Assembly: GCA_951406725.2 (NCBI GenBank)
Contig: OX597827.1
Coordinates: 36,642,001 to 36,706,000, forward strand
Source: Octopus vulgaris
Lineage: Eukaryota
Length of the DNA stretch: 64,000 nucleotides
Reading direction: 5' to 3'
Part shown: positions 24,370 to 38,331 of the stretch, one piece after another
Layout of the letters: each line of letters opens with the position of its first letter
How positions within the stretch are numbered: position 1 is the stretch's first letter
The notes under the pieces: generated by a model
What the model was told of the DNA's origin: nothing
Seen by the model: only the letters and a program-made list of their open reading frames with translations
Databases searched by the model: none
Made by a program: the position numbers and the translations under genes

Positions 24370-24670
24370 AAAAAATATACAAACTGGGACAAGAAGGCTA
24401 AACATTTAGAAGACGATACAAAAAACACGGAGGGGACATTCGAAGCCTTCAATCTTCAGTCAAGAACTGGATCATCCTCGCAATTTCGGCTGATTAATCT
24501 TGAGATTGCTCCAATCTGGCCAGCCCCAAGGAAAAACTAAGCTAAGTACATTAGATTCCTTGGAAGAAAGCTTCGAATGTATACAAAACAAGGACAGAAA
24601 AACGAACGATTTAACACGAATTTGAATACAAAAATAATACGTAAAAACAATAATAATAATACGTAAAAAC
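24365..24670. mobile_element. Short (TA)n-associated repeat related to 28165-28650
   Basis: Shared ctccaatctgg...cccaaggaaaa.ctaagcta...ttggaagaaagc..cgaatgtatac. Confidence 0.7.
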
Positions 24671-24891
24671 AATATATATATATATTATTTTTATTGAACA
24701 CCACACATCCATTTCCAAGTATATACGTACATACATGCATACATACATACATACATACATACATACATACATACATACATACATACATACATACACACAT
24801 ACTTACATATATATTGTTGTATCTTGGGAGGGTCATTATACTATTAATCTTGCAAACCAAATGCAAAAACAATATATATTTATGTATGTAT

Positions 24892-24925
<34 letters not shown>

Positions 24926-25310
24926 CCAACAGGCTATATGTATATGTGTACGTGTGTGTGTGAAAATGATTATGACAGTTGCAATGAGGATGAAATCAAT
25001 GTTGCTTGTGTTAATGGTCAAGGTTGTGGTGGTGTGGTGGTAGTAGGGGGCGATGCAACATTGAGCCAGCTTTACATTATAGATAATTGGATGTGTTTTA
25101 AAACAGTTCCTATTGAGGAATAAGCAGACCAAAAACTTCAAAAATAAAATAAAGTATAATGATGATGATGATGATGATGATGATTCCTTTCTTTATATGT
25201 TTTGTAAAAGTAATACACAAAATAAAATGAAAAAGTTTTAAAAGTATATCAAATCAATAAAATTGATACAGTGTGTGTGTATACATTGTACACAGTGTTT
25301 GTGTGTATGC

Positions 25311-25358
<48 letters not shown>

Positions 25359-25565
25359 TACATATGTACACATACAAACATATATACATGCATAGAGGAT
25401 GTATATATGTTTGTATGTGTATGTATGTAATAAATATATATATATCTGCATACACACACACACACTGTATATAAGTATATATAATGTGTTTTATATAGTA
25501 TACATGAATATATATATATATATATATTTATATGTATGTGTGTGTAAGTGTATGATTCATACACA

Positions 25566-25623
<58 letters not shown>

Positions 25624-26299
25624 TTCCTCACTCACACACATCACTGCTAACTGTCTACTTAATCATTTATGAAGAATGAAAGTTGTTTCAGTTGGATAAT
25701 CATTGTTATTTATTCTTGTTTTTGTTTCTTTTAGTGGTGTTTTCTGTTAAGGAAACAAAACAAAAGGAAAATGTCTTTTGAAATTTGTGCAATATTTTAG
25801 AAAGATATTATTGTAGGGTAGAATTGCATTTGATCTGAACTATCTAACTGTCAATAATCAATATAACATATATATATATATATATATATGTTTGTGTGTA
25901 TGTATGTATATGTAAGTATATATATGTGTATATATATATGTGTGTGTATATATATATATGTACATATGCATAAACCAAGAACAGATTTTCTTTCAAACAT
26001 TTTATATCGAAGACACAACAATATTAAGGATACTCCTTATTTCCTTATCAGTTTTTATATCTAATTTATGTCTAATTTGGAAGAATAGATTTTCTAAGTT
26101 TGTTAGCTACATCATTAAAATATATTCAGAGTAACTATAGTGTTTTGTTAGTATACTTTGCAATAAGTCAAAATCTTACTCTCCTCGATATAATCATGAC
26201 TGTTGGACTTAAAATATTTTTTACTTCAGTCCCTGTAGATTTCAAGGTTTATTTTCTGTGTGCAGTATCTGTGTGCTGATTTCAAGTGTTCATGTTGCT

Positions 26300-26520
26300 A
26301 TTAATAAAGAGCTCATAGTTAATCTTTATGTAATTTAATTAATTTATTTGGGGGAAGGGGAATCTGTGTAGGATGGTAGTGTTATCAGCCAAAGTTTTCC
26401 TGTCTAATTCTGTTTCCTGTACTGTGTTGTAATGTATTGTAATGGCTCTTTGCTATAAATGTATGACCAGCTGATAAGAAAGTGTTGTAGATGTGTGTCC
26501 AGTATAAGAGTTTGAGTCAT
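26300..26520 (-). pseudogene. PLE GIY-YIG-like remnant
   Basis: Minus translation YTGHTSTTLSYQLVIHL*QRAITIHY...LDRKTLADNTTILH resembles the PLE YIG-T-TTL-RRL-H region. Confidence 0.5.
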
Positions 26521-27833
26521 GAAGTTTTACTCTTTCTCACTCTGCTCTCTCTGTCTCTCTCCACATCTTTCATATTATGCTTTTTCTTGCTCTGCTGAGG
26601 GTTAGCATTTAATGTTAGGATTTTGTGTTAGCACTTAGAATTACAATTTTGAGTTAGGGTAAGGATTTTGTTTAAACAAAAATTGAAAAGAGATTCAAAA
26701 GATTTGAATTTGTGTACAAATTTTTACAGAATTGAGCTTGCTTATGTTTGGAATTTGGATATAAAAAAAATATATATTTTGTTAATATGGATTGAATGAA
26801 TATATACATTGGCCTTTGAATTTGTTTTCTCCTCTCTTTAATTTTTTATATATATATGGTTAGTACTTCTTTCAATTGAAGTTTTCTATAGAATTCTGCA
26901 ATATTATCTTTAATTTCATTGGAGTTGGGTCTATGTGGGTCTCTCTTCTATCTTTTCTTTTTCCAAAGAAAATATTTTCTTAAAAGAAGAAAAATAAAAA
27001 GGTCTACAAAGTTTTCTTAGTCCATGAATGATATCTAAGCTACAGTGGAAAGGGCAAGCCACTGGATTTGGTTAAAAAGAGATGATGAGCACTGGATTGA
27101 AGAATATTGAGCAAAACCTTTTTTTCATGAAGACCTTGATGTATTGGTGAACAGTCAACAGCATTGGAGAGTATAAGGACTACAGTCATAGTTGAGAAAA
27201 ACTTAGGAGACATGGAGGACCAAAAGCCATCAGAATATTGGATAAGAGTTACCTGTATCATGAGGATTTGTTGCTAGGTATCAAAATATCAACATCATGA
27301 CTACTGTTCAATGCTGTTTTTTGAAATGCAAATATGTGAATGAAAATTAAGTCCAGACTTCTACATGGTAGGTAGACCTGGTAGAAATAGCAGCCAAATC
27401 TTCCTCAAAACACCCTACTGTCTTAATCTGACAATTCTGCCTATCATGTAGTTTTAATGAGAAACTGTAACTAAAGATTATTTACTTCACAAAGAGGTGA
27501 AAGAAGAGAGACAGCATAGCGAAAGTTTTGGCTGTACTCCCCTTGTTGCTAGTGAAATGGTATATGCTGGCTGTGTTAGCAACTGGTTGTTTTAATGGTG
27601 GAACAAATGGGAATTCCATTAGAAAAAATTTAATCGATTTTCTCGGTAACTATGGGGGCTAGTTACAAACTGCATTCCAATCTATGCACCCGTCTCCACA
27701 TGTGTGCCATTTTTCACGTGAATCCACCCAGCCGTTTGACTGTGAACCTCAAGGCAAGAAAGAATACAACAATCGCCCATGTCCAATTTATATTATAGAT
27801 TAATTAAGAGACCAAAGTGTATGTATGCTGCTA

Positions 27834-28157
27834 TCTCTACATATATAAACGGCAAAATGTCTGTGTGGGTGTCCTTTATAGAAATACACAATTTTTCAGT
27901 TAGAGGGCTTGCACTTTCTATGGTCATTCAAAACCATCTAAGGGTGGTCGTGCACATCTTTACATTTCCCCAGTCACCCCGCAAAGCCATTAAAAAAATC
28001 AACAGAAGTGACAGTTTTGTGAATTTTCTATCCAAAACCCAATCAAAATGCCCGAAACTTGATACGCCAATTGAATGCCAGCTAGCTGTATGTGATTGGT
28101 CGGAGATTTGGACAGTACTTGTGTGTATGTGCGTAAGCACGCAGCCGCACTAGCTAG
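27834..28157 (+). mobile_element. Non-autonomous Helitron (second family)
   Basis: a|TCtctacatatataaa start; hairpin tgcgt-aagc-acgca at ~28130-28143; CTAG|t end. Confidence 0.7.
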
Positions 28158-28164
28158 TATGTAT

Positions 28165-28646
28165 ATAAAAAAGAATACAAAATATGGGACAAGAATGCAA
28201 AACATCCCAACAGATGATACAAAAAAGGGACAAGGAAAAACAAGGATGTGTCATTTGGAGTTCCAGATTAGATTTGCAGTTTCAGCTGGTTATACTTGAG
28301 ACTACTCCAATCTGGTCCACCCCAAGGAAAATCTAAGCTAGGAGCACTAGATTACTTGGAAGAAAGCAGCGAATGTATACGTAAAGAAAGATAGAAAAAA
28401 GGAAACGGAGAAATGGTACACAAATACAGATGCAAACAACAGGACATAAACAACAGGTATCTTTCGACTAAGGACGAATTAAATTTAAGCTGGCGTGTGT
28501 GGAAGTGTGGAACTCGACTGACGAAAGAAAACTCTGAATGACCTGTCCTTGTTTTTTCTTGTCCATTTTTGGTATCATCTGTCTGGATGTTTTGTTGTCC
28601 CTTTTTCGTATCATCTAACTGTCTGGATGTTTTGCGTTCTTGTCCA

Positions 28647-28650
<4 letters not shown>
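28165..28650. mobile_element. (TA)n-adjacent element with ~55-bp imperfect terminal inverted repeats
   Basis: ggacaagaatgcaaaacatcc...agatgatacaaaaaagggacaa mirrored by ttgtccctttttcgtatcatct...ggatgttttgcgttcttgtcc. Confidence 0.75.
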
Positions 28651-28702
<52 letters not shown>

Positions 28703-28724
28703 GTGTGTGTATGTATATATGTAC

Positions 28725-28950
28725 ATGTATACATATGTGTGTCTGTGTCTGTGTTTGTTCTTCACCACTACTTGACACCCAGTGTTGGTGTGTTCACATC
28801 CCCATAACTTACCAGTTAAGCAAAATATTCTGATAGAATAAGTACCAGACTTTAAAAACATAAATACCGAGTTTGATTTGTTTGACTAAAATTCTTCAAG
28901 GCAGTGCCCCAGCATGGCGAAAGTCTTATGACTGAAACAAGTAAAAAAAA
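28725..28950 (+). mobile_element. 3' half of CORE-like SINE
   Basis: cttgacacccagtgttggtgtgtt...gatagaataagtacc...cagcatggc...gactgaaacaagtaaaa. Confidence 0.8.
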
Positions 28951-29402
28951 TAGAAGAAAGATATGTATGTGTATGTATGTGTGTGTGTGTGTGTATATAT
29001 ATATATACACACATACACACATGTATACGCATATGTATATGTATGTACGTACGTATGTATGTATGTATGTATGTATGTAGGTGTGGGTGTGTTGAGGGTG
29101 GGTAAGATATGTTGAAAATATTCGAATTTATTCTATAATGAAGTAACTGATTTTTAACAGATACACACACACACATGCATTCATACAAACGCACACACAA
29201 GCACACTCATACACACATAGACATACATATGTATATGCAAATACATGTGTGTGTAGGAACACATTTTTCCATGGCTGACAAATCTGTTTAGGTTTAAAGT
29301 ATATATACCTCAGGTTATTCCTGAAATATATAACTCTTCTGAATATTGTCTGCTTTTATTAGTTTTAAGGCACCGAATAAAAGTGTGTATGTAAAGATAT
29401 AG

Positions 29403-29505
<103 letters not shown>

Positions 29506-30018
29506 AAAATAGATGGTGTGAGGGAGAGGGAGTGGGAAATAGAAAAAAGAAAATTTCTGAATACACTGATATTGATGTCTCTATGTGCAGCTATATGTGA
29601 GTTTATGTATGAGTACATATGTTTGTATTTTAGTTCCTATTCCTTTGAATCAAAGATTTACTCTACTTGCCAGCACAGCCATAATTTACCCCTAGTTGTG
29701 TGCATTAAAATGAAAATGTCTTCTGATTCACTGTTTGTGAGGTTCAGTGGTTAAAAAGTTAATTTCATAACCACATGGATCTGTGTTTGATCCCACAGCA
29801 CAACATCTTGTTGACTAACATCATCATTCTGACACTTGAAAAACCAAAGATCAATTTTGTGTGTTTGCTTCTTGCTCCATTTTGACCACAGAAATGGAAA
29901 AGCTACTGAGTATGGTATCATACCCACTGGGTATGGTATCCCATTCAGGTTAGGATGAGTGGGTAGTTTTTTTTTATCTCTCCATCAATGAATTGAGAAT
30001 TTGAGAATGTACACAAAT

Positions 30019-30189
30019 AGCGTAGAAGTGGCTGTGTGGTAAGTAGCTTGCTTATCAACCACATGGTTCTGGGTTCAGTCGCACTGCGTGGCACCTTGGG
30101 CAAGTGTCTTCTGCAATAGCCTCGGGCTGACCAAAGCCTTGTGAGTGGATTTGGTAGAGGGAATCTGAAAGAAGTCCATCGTATATATG

Positions 30190-30247
<58 letters not shown>

Positions 30248-30670
30248 ATCCAAACATGAAAACACAAAGAGAAAACACAAAGCGAAAATGTGGAACAAAT
30301 ATAGTATTATTGGACGCTCAGGAAGGAAGGGAAGAAGGAGGGTTTAAGGTTTCAAGTGGAGCCTTTGTCAGAAACATAGGAAAAGGAAAGATTCAGAGAA
30401 GGGAAGACGGAGAAAAAAAAATCGCCAACGGTACACACGTGGCCATGTATGTGTGTGTGTATATGTTTGTATGTCTGTGTTTGTCCCCTCAACATCGCTT
30501 GGCAACCGATGCTGGTGTGTTTACGTCCCCGTAACTTAGCGGTTTGGCAAAACAGATCGATAGAATAAGTACTAGGTTTGCAAAGAATAAGTCCAAGGGT
30601 CGATTTGCTCAACTAAAGGCGGTGCTCCAGCATGGCCACAGTCAGATGACTGAAACAAGTAAAAGAGTAA
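30019..30670 (+). mobile_element. CORE-like SINE with a hammerhead-type mini-element (30243-30443, minus) inserted in its internal (TA)n
   Basis: SINE 5' part 30019-30185 and 3' part 30445-30670; insert matches the reverse complement of 35508-35717. Confidence 0.85.
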
Positions 30671-32437
30671 ATACCAAATGAAATATTTCATTACGCTTCC
30701 AATTAGCTCTGTCTGTTGGCTGTAAGCAAGTGTCACCATCATGCAAGGCATGTCCTTCATTTCCAATTTTTTGATACATATCTGATTATTAGAATATATT
30801 GCCTTACTTAGCAACAGGTGAATGTTGATGACAGGAAGAGCATCTAGCCAATGAGAATCTACCTCTATGAATTCCATCTGACCCATATGGGCCTTGAAAA
30901 GTTGACATTACATGATGATGACAATATACACACACACACACACACACAGACACACAGACACACACACACACACACACACATGCACGCGCATGCACGCACA
31001 TGCACACACATTATATATGTGCACGTATACATACTTCTACTACACATACAGACATGCATATAAATATGTTTATGTTTGCATACATGCAGACATACATATA
31101 TATACACACATACATACATAATACATACATACACACATACACACATAATACACACACATACATACATACACACATACACACATACATACACACACATACA
31201 CACATACATACACACATACATACACACATACACACACATACATACATACATACATACATACATACATACATACATACATACATACATACAAACAAACACC
31301 ATTTTCATGTAATGTATTATATAATGTACTGTTCAGAAATACAGGCACTATATTATCAAAGGGTTGATACACATAGAAATAGATGGTAAGAAAAACAAAA
31401 AATAGTACAGTCAACAATAGATAAAAACAAAAATGTCTGTCTGTTTAATGGTGTAACAATTTAGAAAGTGGGTTTATAGTTGAAAATTCTGACTGAATTT
31501 ATTTGATTCACTAGATAGATTTGATTGGGAAATGTTTCCAGAACTATTTAAAGTCTGAGATGTAATAATGTTGTTTTGTGGATGTTCTCTGTATCTGGCA
31601 ATTGAAGCTATTGTTTAGCAGACATTTTGTTCAGAGACTCTTATTCAAATGGCTATTTTGCCTAAATTTTATCTTTTATGTATTTTTATTATTATTCATT
31701 ATCTGCGATCTTTGATACTGCATCAGTTGGAATTACTGAAATTGCTTTTGTCTTTGTGCATCCTGTGATACAACTAGTGAAGTATGGTGTTGGCTCAGAT
31801 TGTATGATTACGGTGCATAGTGTGGGATGTGGTGTGTGTGTGTGTGTGTGTGCAGCAGGATGTGATACAGGGTGTTGTAGGACAAGGAATGGATAGACAC
31901 AGACATATTCTTAATACAAAAATACAAACTAACAGGAGAGACTCTACAAGGTCATTTGACCTGCTTGATATTGTTGCCAAATTATTGCAAATCACGTACT
32001 ATTGTCTTACAAAAGTAGTTCTAGATAGACAAAACAAAAAGTCATAACTGGATTACTTTTGGTAAGAGTTAAAACACAAACAGATGTTTAAAAAAATATT
32101 TATTTTAGTTGAGAAGTTAAGGTGTTAATTCTCTGACCACATGATCAAAAGTTCAAATTTCACCATCTTATAGCTTGGGACAACTAAATAAAGCATATAA
32201 TTTTTTTTCTATTGTTGTTGGCATCAGGGTAGTTATGATCCAGGAGACATATGATCAAAGATATTCCAGCCATGACCATCCTATTTTTCTCTAGATATTA
32301 TATTGCACTATATTATTGAATGTGCCCTTCATTTTTTAAGAAGGCAGGATGTGGTTTAAAAGGGAATTGGTTACTACTTCATGCAGGTTGACTGACCATG
32401 CAGAGGACCATTTGTTGCTACATAGTCACTCTTGCTA

Positions 32438-32616
32438 CACACTACACTCTTGGAGTGGTTGGCATTAGGAAGGGCATCCAGCTGTAGAAACTCTGCCAGA
32501 TCAATATTGAAGCCTGGTGCAGCCATCTGGTTCGCCAGCCCTCAGTCAATTCGTCCAACCCATGCTAGCATGGAAAGCAGACGTTAAACGACAATGATGA
32601 TGATGATGATGATGAT
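32438..32616 (+). mobile_element. Short RTE 3'-end copy with (GAT)n
   Basis: Matches 9630-9793. Confidence 0.85.
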
Positions 32617-32685
32617 AGTCACTACAGATAACCTAACCGGACAAGTAGGGAGAGTCCAACACTCTACTTCATAGACGAGTGCCAA

Positions 32686-33062
32686 TGGTAGGAAGGAAAT
32701 TACTGGTGACTGATCAGTAGGAGGAGGAACACAAGAATATACTGATCAGTAGTAGGAAAAGTATTAAAAGTGATTGGTCAGTGGTAGAAGGGGCATTACA
32801 GTTGAGTGGTAAATAACAGGGGAGACTTTAAATGTGAGTGGTCAGTTGTAGGAAGGACATTAAAGGTGATTCCTCAGTGGTAGGAAGAGCATCAGATGTG
32901 AGTGGTCACTTGTAGGAGGGATATTAGATGCAATTGGTCAGTGGTAAGAGCAGCATTGGAAGTGAGTGGTCAGTGGCAGGAGGAATATTACAGGTAAGTG
33001 GTCAGTGACTGGACAGTGATTGGACAGTGGTAGGAGGAATATTACAGGTAAGCGGTCAGTGC
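32686..33062 (+). repeat. Diverged ~32-bp minisatellite (~11 units)
   Basis: Recurrent tggtaggaagg.cattaca.gtgagtggtcag. Confidence 0.75.
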
Positions 33063-33297
33063 ATCTGATGGAATTTTATTCAATTGGGTGGCTTATTACA
33101 ACACCAGTGATTGTCCAACCATTGTATTCTTACATCAGCAGTGAAGAATTTTCACTTAGCATGCAGTTGGTACTGATATATCTGTGTCTTTAAACACAGC
33201 ACACATCCATAAGAGATATTGCCTCTGTTTGAATACTGCAGTAAATTTGCTTCCTCATGATGTATTGATATTAAGCATGGTATGCAGATGGACACAT

Positions 33298-33373
<76 letters not shown>

Positions 33374-33399
33374 ACATATGCATACATACACACACATAG

Positions 33400-33900
33400 T
33401 ATGAATGAGTTGGAGAAGGTTTTGGATACTACCACTCCTAGTAACAAAAATCTTTTCCCTCTGAATGAAGAGCAGATTGTAAGATTGCATTATGTTTGTG
33501 TTAGAACCATAATGCTGCATAATAATGTAGTGAGACATGGATTTTGAATGCAGAGGATTTGAGAAAACTGGGGAGAAATGAAGCAAGCATGCTCCATTGG
33601 ATGTGCAATGTAAGTGTGCATGAATGATATAGTACAAATGTGCTGAGAGGTAAACTGGACATAAAAGGAATCGGATGCAGTGTACAAGGATAAAAACTGA
33701 GCTGGTGTGGACATGTGTGATGCATATGGATGAGAACAGTTGTATAAAGAAGAGGTGATAACTTAATTTGGATGCAGCTTGTAGAAGAAGAAGATCCAGA
33801 AAGACATGAAACAAAGTGGTGAAGGCTAATCTCAGGATTTTGAATTTCACAGAGGAGATAAAAAATGACTGGTGATAAGCTATTCTTGAGAAACTTCCCA
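33400..33900 (+). pseudogene. Old RTE RT C-terminal fragment related to 6487-8691
   Basis: gtgagacatgg, agaaatgaagcaagcatgctcc, ggatgtgcaatgtaagtgt align to 8305-8400. Confidence 0.7.
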
Positions 33901-33954
33901 ACATTGGCAAAACTGAGTTCTGGTAGTACTGTATATATATATATATATATATAC

Positions 33955-34145
33955 ATGAATTTTACAGAAAAACAAAAGACAAAGACAGGTGCATGAATAA
34001 CAAGCAGGTGTATTAGTTTGATGCTTGAGGAAGTGAAGAAGTCTTTCGATGTTTCTAGCCTACACTCTTCAATAGAAAGGAATCAGAGAAAATAAACAGA
34101 GAGACAATAAAAAAAACTTGTGGATTTAGCAGTCAAGCATGGCGA
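33955..34145 (-). mobile_element. (TA)n-adjacent pLTR-like mini-element with degenerate hammerhead-like motif (~34041-34080)
   Basis: Minus: cttt-CTATTGA-agagt(gtag)gcta-GAAA-c-ATC-gaaag; homologous to 56470-56702. Confidence 0.6.
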
Positions 34146-34292
34146 CTGGTTGAAAAAAAAATGGTTTGATAGGAAAGGTAGAAAGAAAGGAAGATAATAA
34201 AGTATTGGTGATCCCAAAACGAAGGTGCATGTGCGTATGTGAGAATGTGTAAGTGTGTGTGTCTAATGTGTGGATGATGGTGTGTGGGTGCG

Positions 34293-34325
<33 letters not shown>

Positions 34326-34751
34326 GTGTGCACAACTGGGCCCTTCACCCAATTTTTTTTCCTCCTCAAGACACCCCATTACCCATCTTCTCCATAACTG
34401 CAGCTCTTCTTTGATACATCTTACTTTCTTACTACCCAGAACCATTTGGCAAGATATATTTCTTTCATCCCTTTATACTATTTTCTCCATCCACACTATA
34501 TATTAATCACCCTCCCCATCTGAGATACCAAATTATGGCTCTTCCTCTCACCCTTCTCATACAATATGCTTATCTCTCTCTTTCCCATCCACTCCTCCAA
34601 CACCATGTCATCCTTTCTGTCCTTGTCTTGTCTTCTGTACCATCGTTACTATTCTTCTGCTCTGTACTATCAGTCATCTCATAGCCGCCCTTCTTTCCCT
34701 TGCATTGTTGGTCCCTGAATAAGGGTTCTTTAAGGATGTTGAACAAAACAC

Positions 34752-35041
34752 CCATGTTTCCAAAGGTGAATTATTCAAACCGCAAATAATCCCCCTCAAC
34801 ACATGGCTATGATGCTCCCCCATTACTTCTGCTCATGATCAGAGATGCACATATCGTCAGCCACTAAGGGACATGCTCAACTGGTTAAGGTCAAACAACT
34901 GACAAGCAAATCTGTGGTATTGAGCAGAATATTTGCTGTAGCCCATCTTTTATACCAAGGCAAAACAATGTACATGATAACACTTCCAATCAGTTAAAGA
35001 TCAGAAGCCATGAAAGCCACTGCCTGGTACTGCATCAGGGC

Positions 35042-35043
<2 letters not shown>
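34752..35043. repeat. ~290-bp repeat abutting (TTA)n; near-identical copy at 38006-38297
   Basis: cccatgtttccaaaggtgaatt...cctggtactgcatcagggcatt present twice. Confidence 0.9.
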
Positions 35044-35104
<61 letters not shown>

Positions 35105-35154
35105 CATTATTATCATCATCATCATCATTTAACGTCCATTTACCATGTTTCGAT

Positions 35155-35269
35155 GATTCTGGGTTCAGTCCCACTGTGTGATACCTTGGGCAAGTGTCTT
35201 CTACTATAGCTTCAGGCCGACCAATTCCTTGTGAGTGGATTTGGTAGATGGAAACTGAAAGGAGCCCAT

Positions 35270-35310
<41 letters not shown>

Positions 35311-35485
35311 ATGTGTGTGTGTGTATGTTTGTGCATCTGTGTTTGTTCCCTCACCATCGCTTGATGACTGATAGAATAAGTACTAGGCTTACAATGAATT
35401 AGTCCTGGGATCGATTTGTTTGACTAAAGGCAGTTCTCCTGCATGGCCGCAATCAGATGACTGAAACAAGTTAAAGAGCAAAAGA
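35155..35485 (+). mobile_element. 5'-truncated CORE-like SINE
   Basis: gggttcagtcccactg...ccttgggcaagtgtctt...gactgaaacaag. Confidence 0.85.
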
Positions 35486-35507
35486 GTATGTATATATATA
35501 TATATAA

Positions 35508-35712
35508 AATGTGACCGCGTGTGTACTGTTGGCGATTTTTTTCCCATGTCTTCCCTTCTCTGGATCTTTCCTTTTCCTATGTTTCTGATGAAGAGCTCTG
35601 CTCGAAATGTTAAACCCTCCTTCTTCCCTTCCTTCCTGAGCGTCCAATAATACTATATTTGTTCCACGTCCTCGCGTTGTTGTGTTTTCTCTTTGTGTTT
35701 TCATGTTTGGAT

Positions 35713-35717
<5 letters not shown>
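35508..35717 (+). mobile_element. ~210-bp (TA)n-embedded mini-element with minimal hammerhead motif at 35581-35614
   Basis: gttt-CTGATGA-a-gagc(tct)gctc-GAAA-tgt-TA-aac; second copy 30243-30443. Confidence 0.75.
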
Positions 35718-35759
<42 letters not shown>

Positions 35760-35791
35760 ATGTATGTATGTATGTATATATACATACATCT

Positions 35792-35858
<67 letters not shown>

Positions 35859-35920
35859 TGTAGAGAGAGAGATAGGTAGATACATGCAAACAAACATACA
35901 TCCAATCATGCAGGCATACA

Positions 35921-35951
<31 letters not shown>

Positions 35952-37059
35952 TGATTTGTATTCAAACATATACAGCAGCACACACACATATGTATTAGGT
36001 AGATATACGCATTGTTAGAGTGAAATAAAGAGGTGAAAGATGAAGAGAAGATGCATAGTTATATTCGACATTCTCATTACCATCACCAACATCAACACTG
36101 CCAAAATTATTCTCATCATCATTACCACTTCCCCTACCACCACCAAAATCACCACCACCACCACCAAAACCACCACCACCAGTACCATCGTCCCCACTCC
36201 ACCACTTTCATTAGCATCATCATCCTCATCATGGTCATCATTATGTGAGGAAGAGGGAGAGAAACTGCTGTTTGAATGGTTGAAACAGGGAGATAATAAT
36301 ATAAAAAAAGAAGCCAGCAATTGAAGTTAAAAGTGAAATATAATGCTATTGATTACAAAATATAAAAAGATATTTACTTCCTTAGAATAATTTTCCTTCA
36401 ATTTAATAAAATATATGTTAAGGGGAAAAGCAATAAAACACAGATACAAAACTTTTCATTTATCAATTGTTTCTGGAAGTCAGCCATCTTGGATTCATTT
36501 TGTGTCATTGTTGTCATCACAAGGATTCACTGTGTTATTCTTGTCACAAAATTTTTGCTGCATACACACACTCTATACACAAGCTCATATGTATATATTA
36601 TTTATACAAACTTATACATTCAGATAGATACATGCATGTGTACACACACATATATCTCCAGCTTCCTAAATACTCTTATATACACAGAAAATTTATTCAA
36701 AGATTTCTTCTATTTTGTCTATTCCACTTATTTGATACTCACTTCCTATTCGATTTTTCTTTCTATCTATAATACTTAAACTGATGCATAGTACACTTAA
36801 CCTATAGCAATTTCAGTATCCAATGCACATATATATAAATTATTATACATATACACTTCATACACTCATATATATACAAACACATGGTAGTATGGTAATA
36901 TATATGATGTATGTTTAATACTTTTACTGTTGCCTGTAGGCAAACTAAGGCGATTGTGACTATATACCATTAAATGAGAAATAATTATTTGAAACATCTT
37001 GAAATAATCCTTCCTGTACAAAACACCACACCCAATTTTCCATTCCTGAATGTCATTCC

Positions 37060-37733
37060 TCTGCAGGTATCTCCTTGCTCATGGAAGTCCAGAGGTGCTA
37101 AATCTGGCGAATAGGGTGGGTGTAGAAGTGATACCATGTTGTATTTCGCAAGAAACTCACAAATGAAGAGAACTTGGTGACAGGGTGCATTGTCATTGTG
37201 AAGAATCCAATTTTTTGCCCTTCACAGGTCTGGTTGCTTTCACCATATATCTTCCCTCAAATGCTTCAAAACATCGTTGATTGTTCTCCAATGATCCTCA
37301 TGCGCAAGCTGATAAATTTTCTCCACATTTCTGGGGGTGATGCTCATGACAGGTCTTCGACATCGCTCATCATCTTCCAGGGACATTCTTCGACATTTGA
37401 GCTACACGTGCCACTTGAAACATTGTGTACGACCCATTGCCTCGTTGCTGCAAGTTTGCTGAAGCATGCTCAATGTTTCTGTAGCAGATTAACTCAGAAT
37501 TTCATGTTGGCTCTTTGTTCCAACTTCCTGTCTATGACAAAAATCACAGACTACAGCATACATATGATCCCCAAAATACAAATTTCACAACTTGCAAAGT
37601 AAACACAGGGATGTCACTTGGCACACTGGCTCACGAAGGTCATTGCTAGCTGTCACTGCACACGCAACCATGTGCTGCGATCTGTTCGTGTGCTACAGAA
37701 CTAGTCAGGGAACTTTTTGATACCATCTCATAC
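37060..37733 (-). pseudogene. Internally deleted mariner remnant
   Basis: HPPYSPDLAPLDF on minus at ~37085-37123; TIR-like tatgagatggtatcaaaaagttccc at the 37733 end. Confidence 0.8.
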
Positions 37734-38294
37734 GTACTTTTTAAACCTACCTTTATGCTCATTAGTACTCAGCTGTATATGAGATGACAAGAATTTTCTC
37801 AAATGCCTCCCACCCACTGTCTCAGAAGGAACTAATCTTTAAGTTTCGTTTTAAGCAAACTTTATACTAATATACTTCACACTTTATGCCTGGAAGCAAC
37901 CAATCAAAAACTGGGTAGGGAAACATAGAGGGAATATAAACAAATGCTTCAAAATGGATTTCGTTACCAAGGACACACACCTGATACTACAGGAGAATAC
38001 CTTTACCCATGTTTCCAAAGGTGAATTATTCAAACCCCAAAGAATCCCCCCCAACACATGGCTATGATGCTCCCCCATTACTTCTGCTCATGATCAGAGA
38101 TGCACATATCGTCAGCCACTAAGGGACATGCTCAACTGGTTAAGATCAAACAACTGACAAGCAAATCTGTGGTATTGAGCAGAATATTTGCTGTAGCCCA
38201 TCTTTTATACCAAGGCAAAACAATGTACATGATAACACTTCCAATCAGTTAAGATCAGAAGCCATGAAAGCCACTGCCTGGTACTGCATCAGGG

Positions 38295-38328
<34 letters not shown>

Positions 38329-38331
<3 letters not shown>

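Noticed and set aside
23200-24510. ctgatga at ~23208 and ctgaaga/gaaa motifs on minus at ~24450-24490
   Set aside because: No correctly ordered GAAA and closing stems found.
28510-28540. ctgacga-aa-gaaac-tc as an ultra-minimal hammerhead
   Set aside because: No room for stem II or stem III; cannot be supported by eye.
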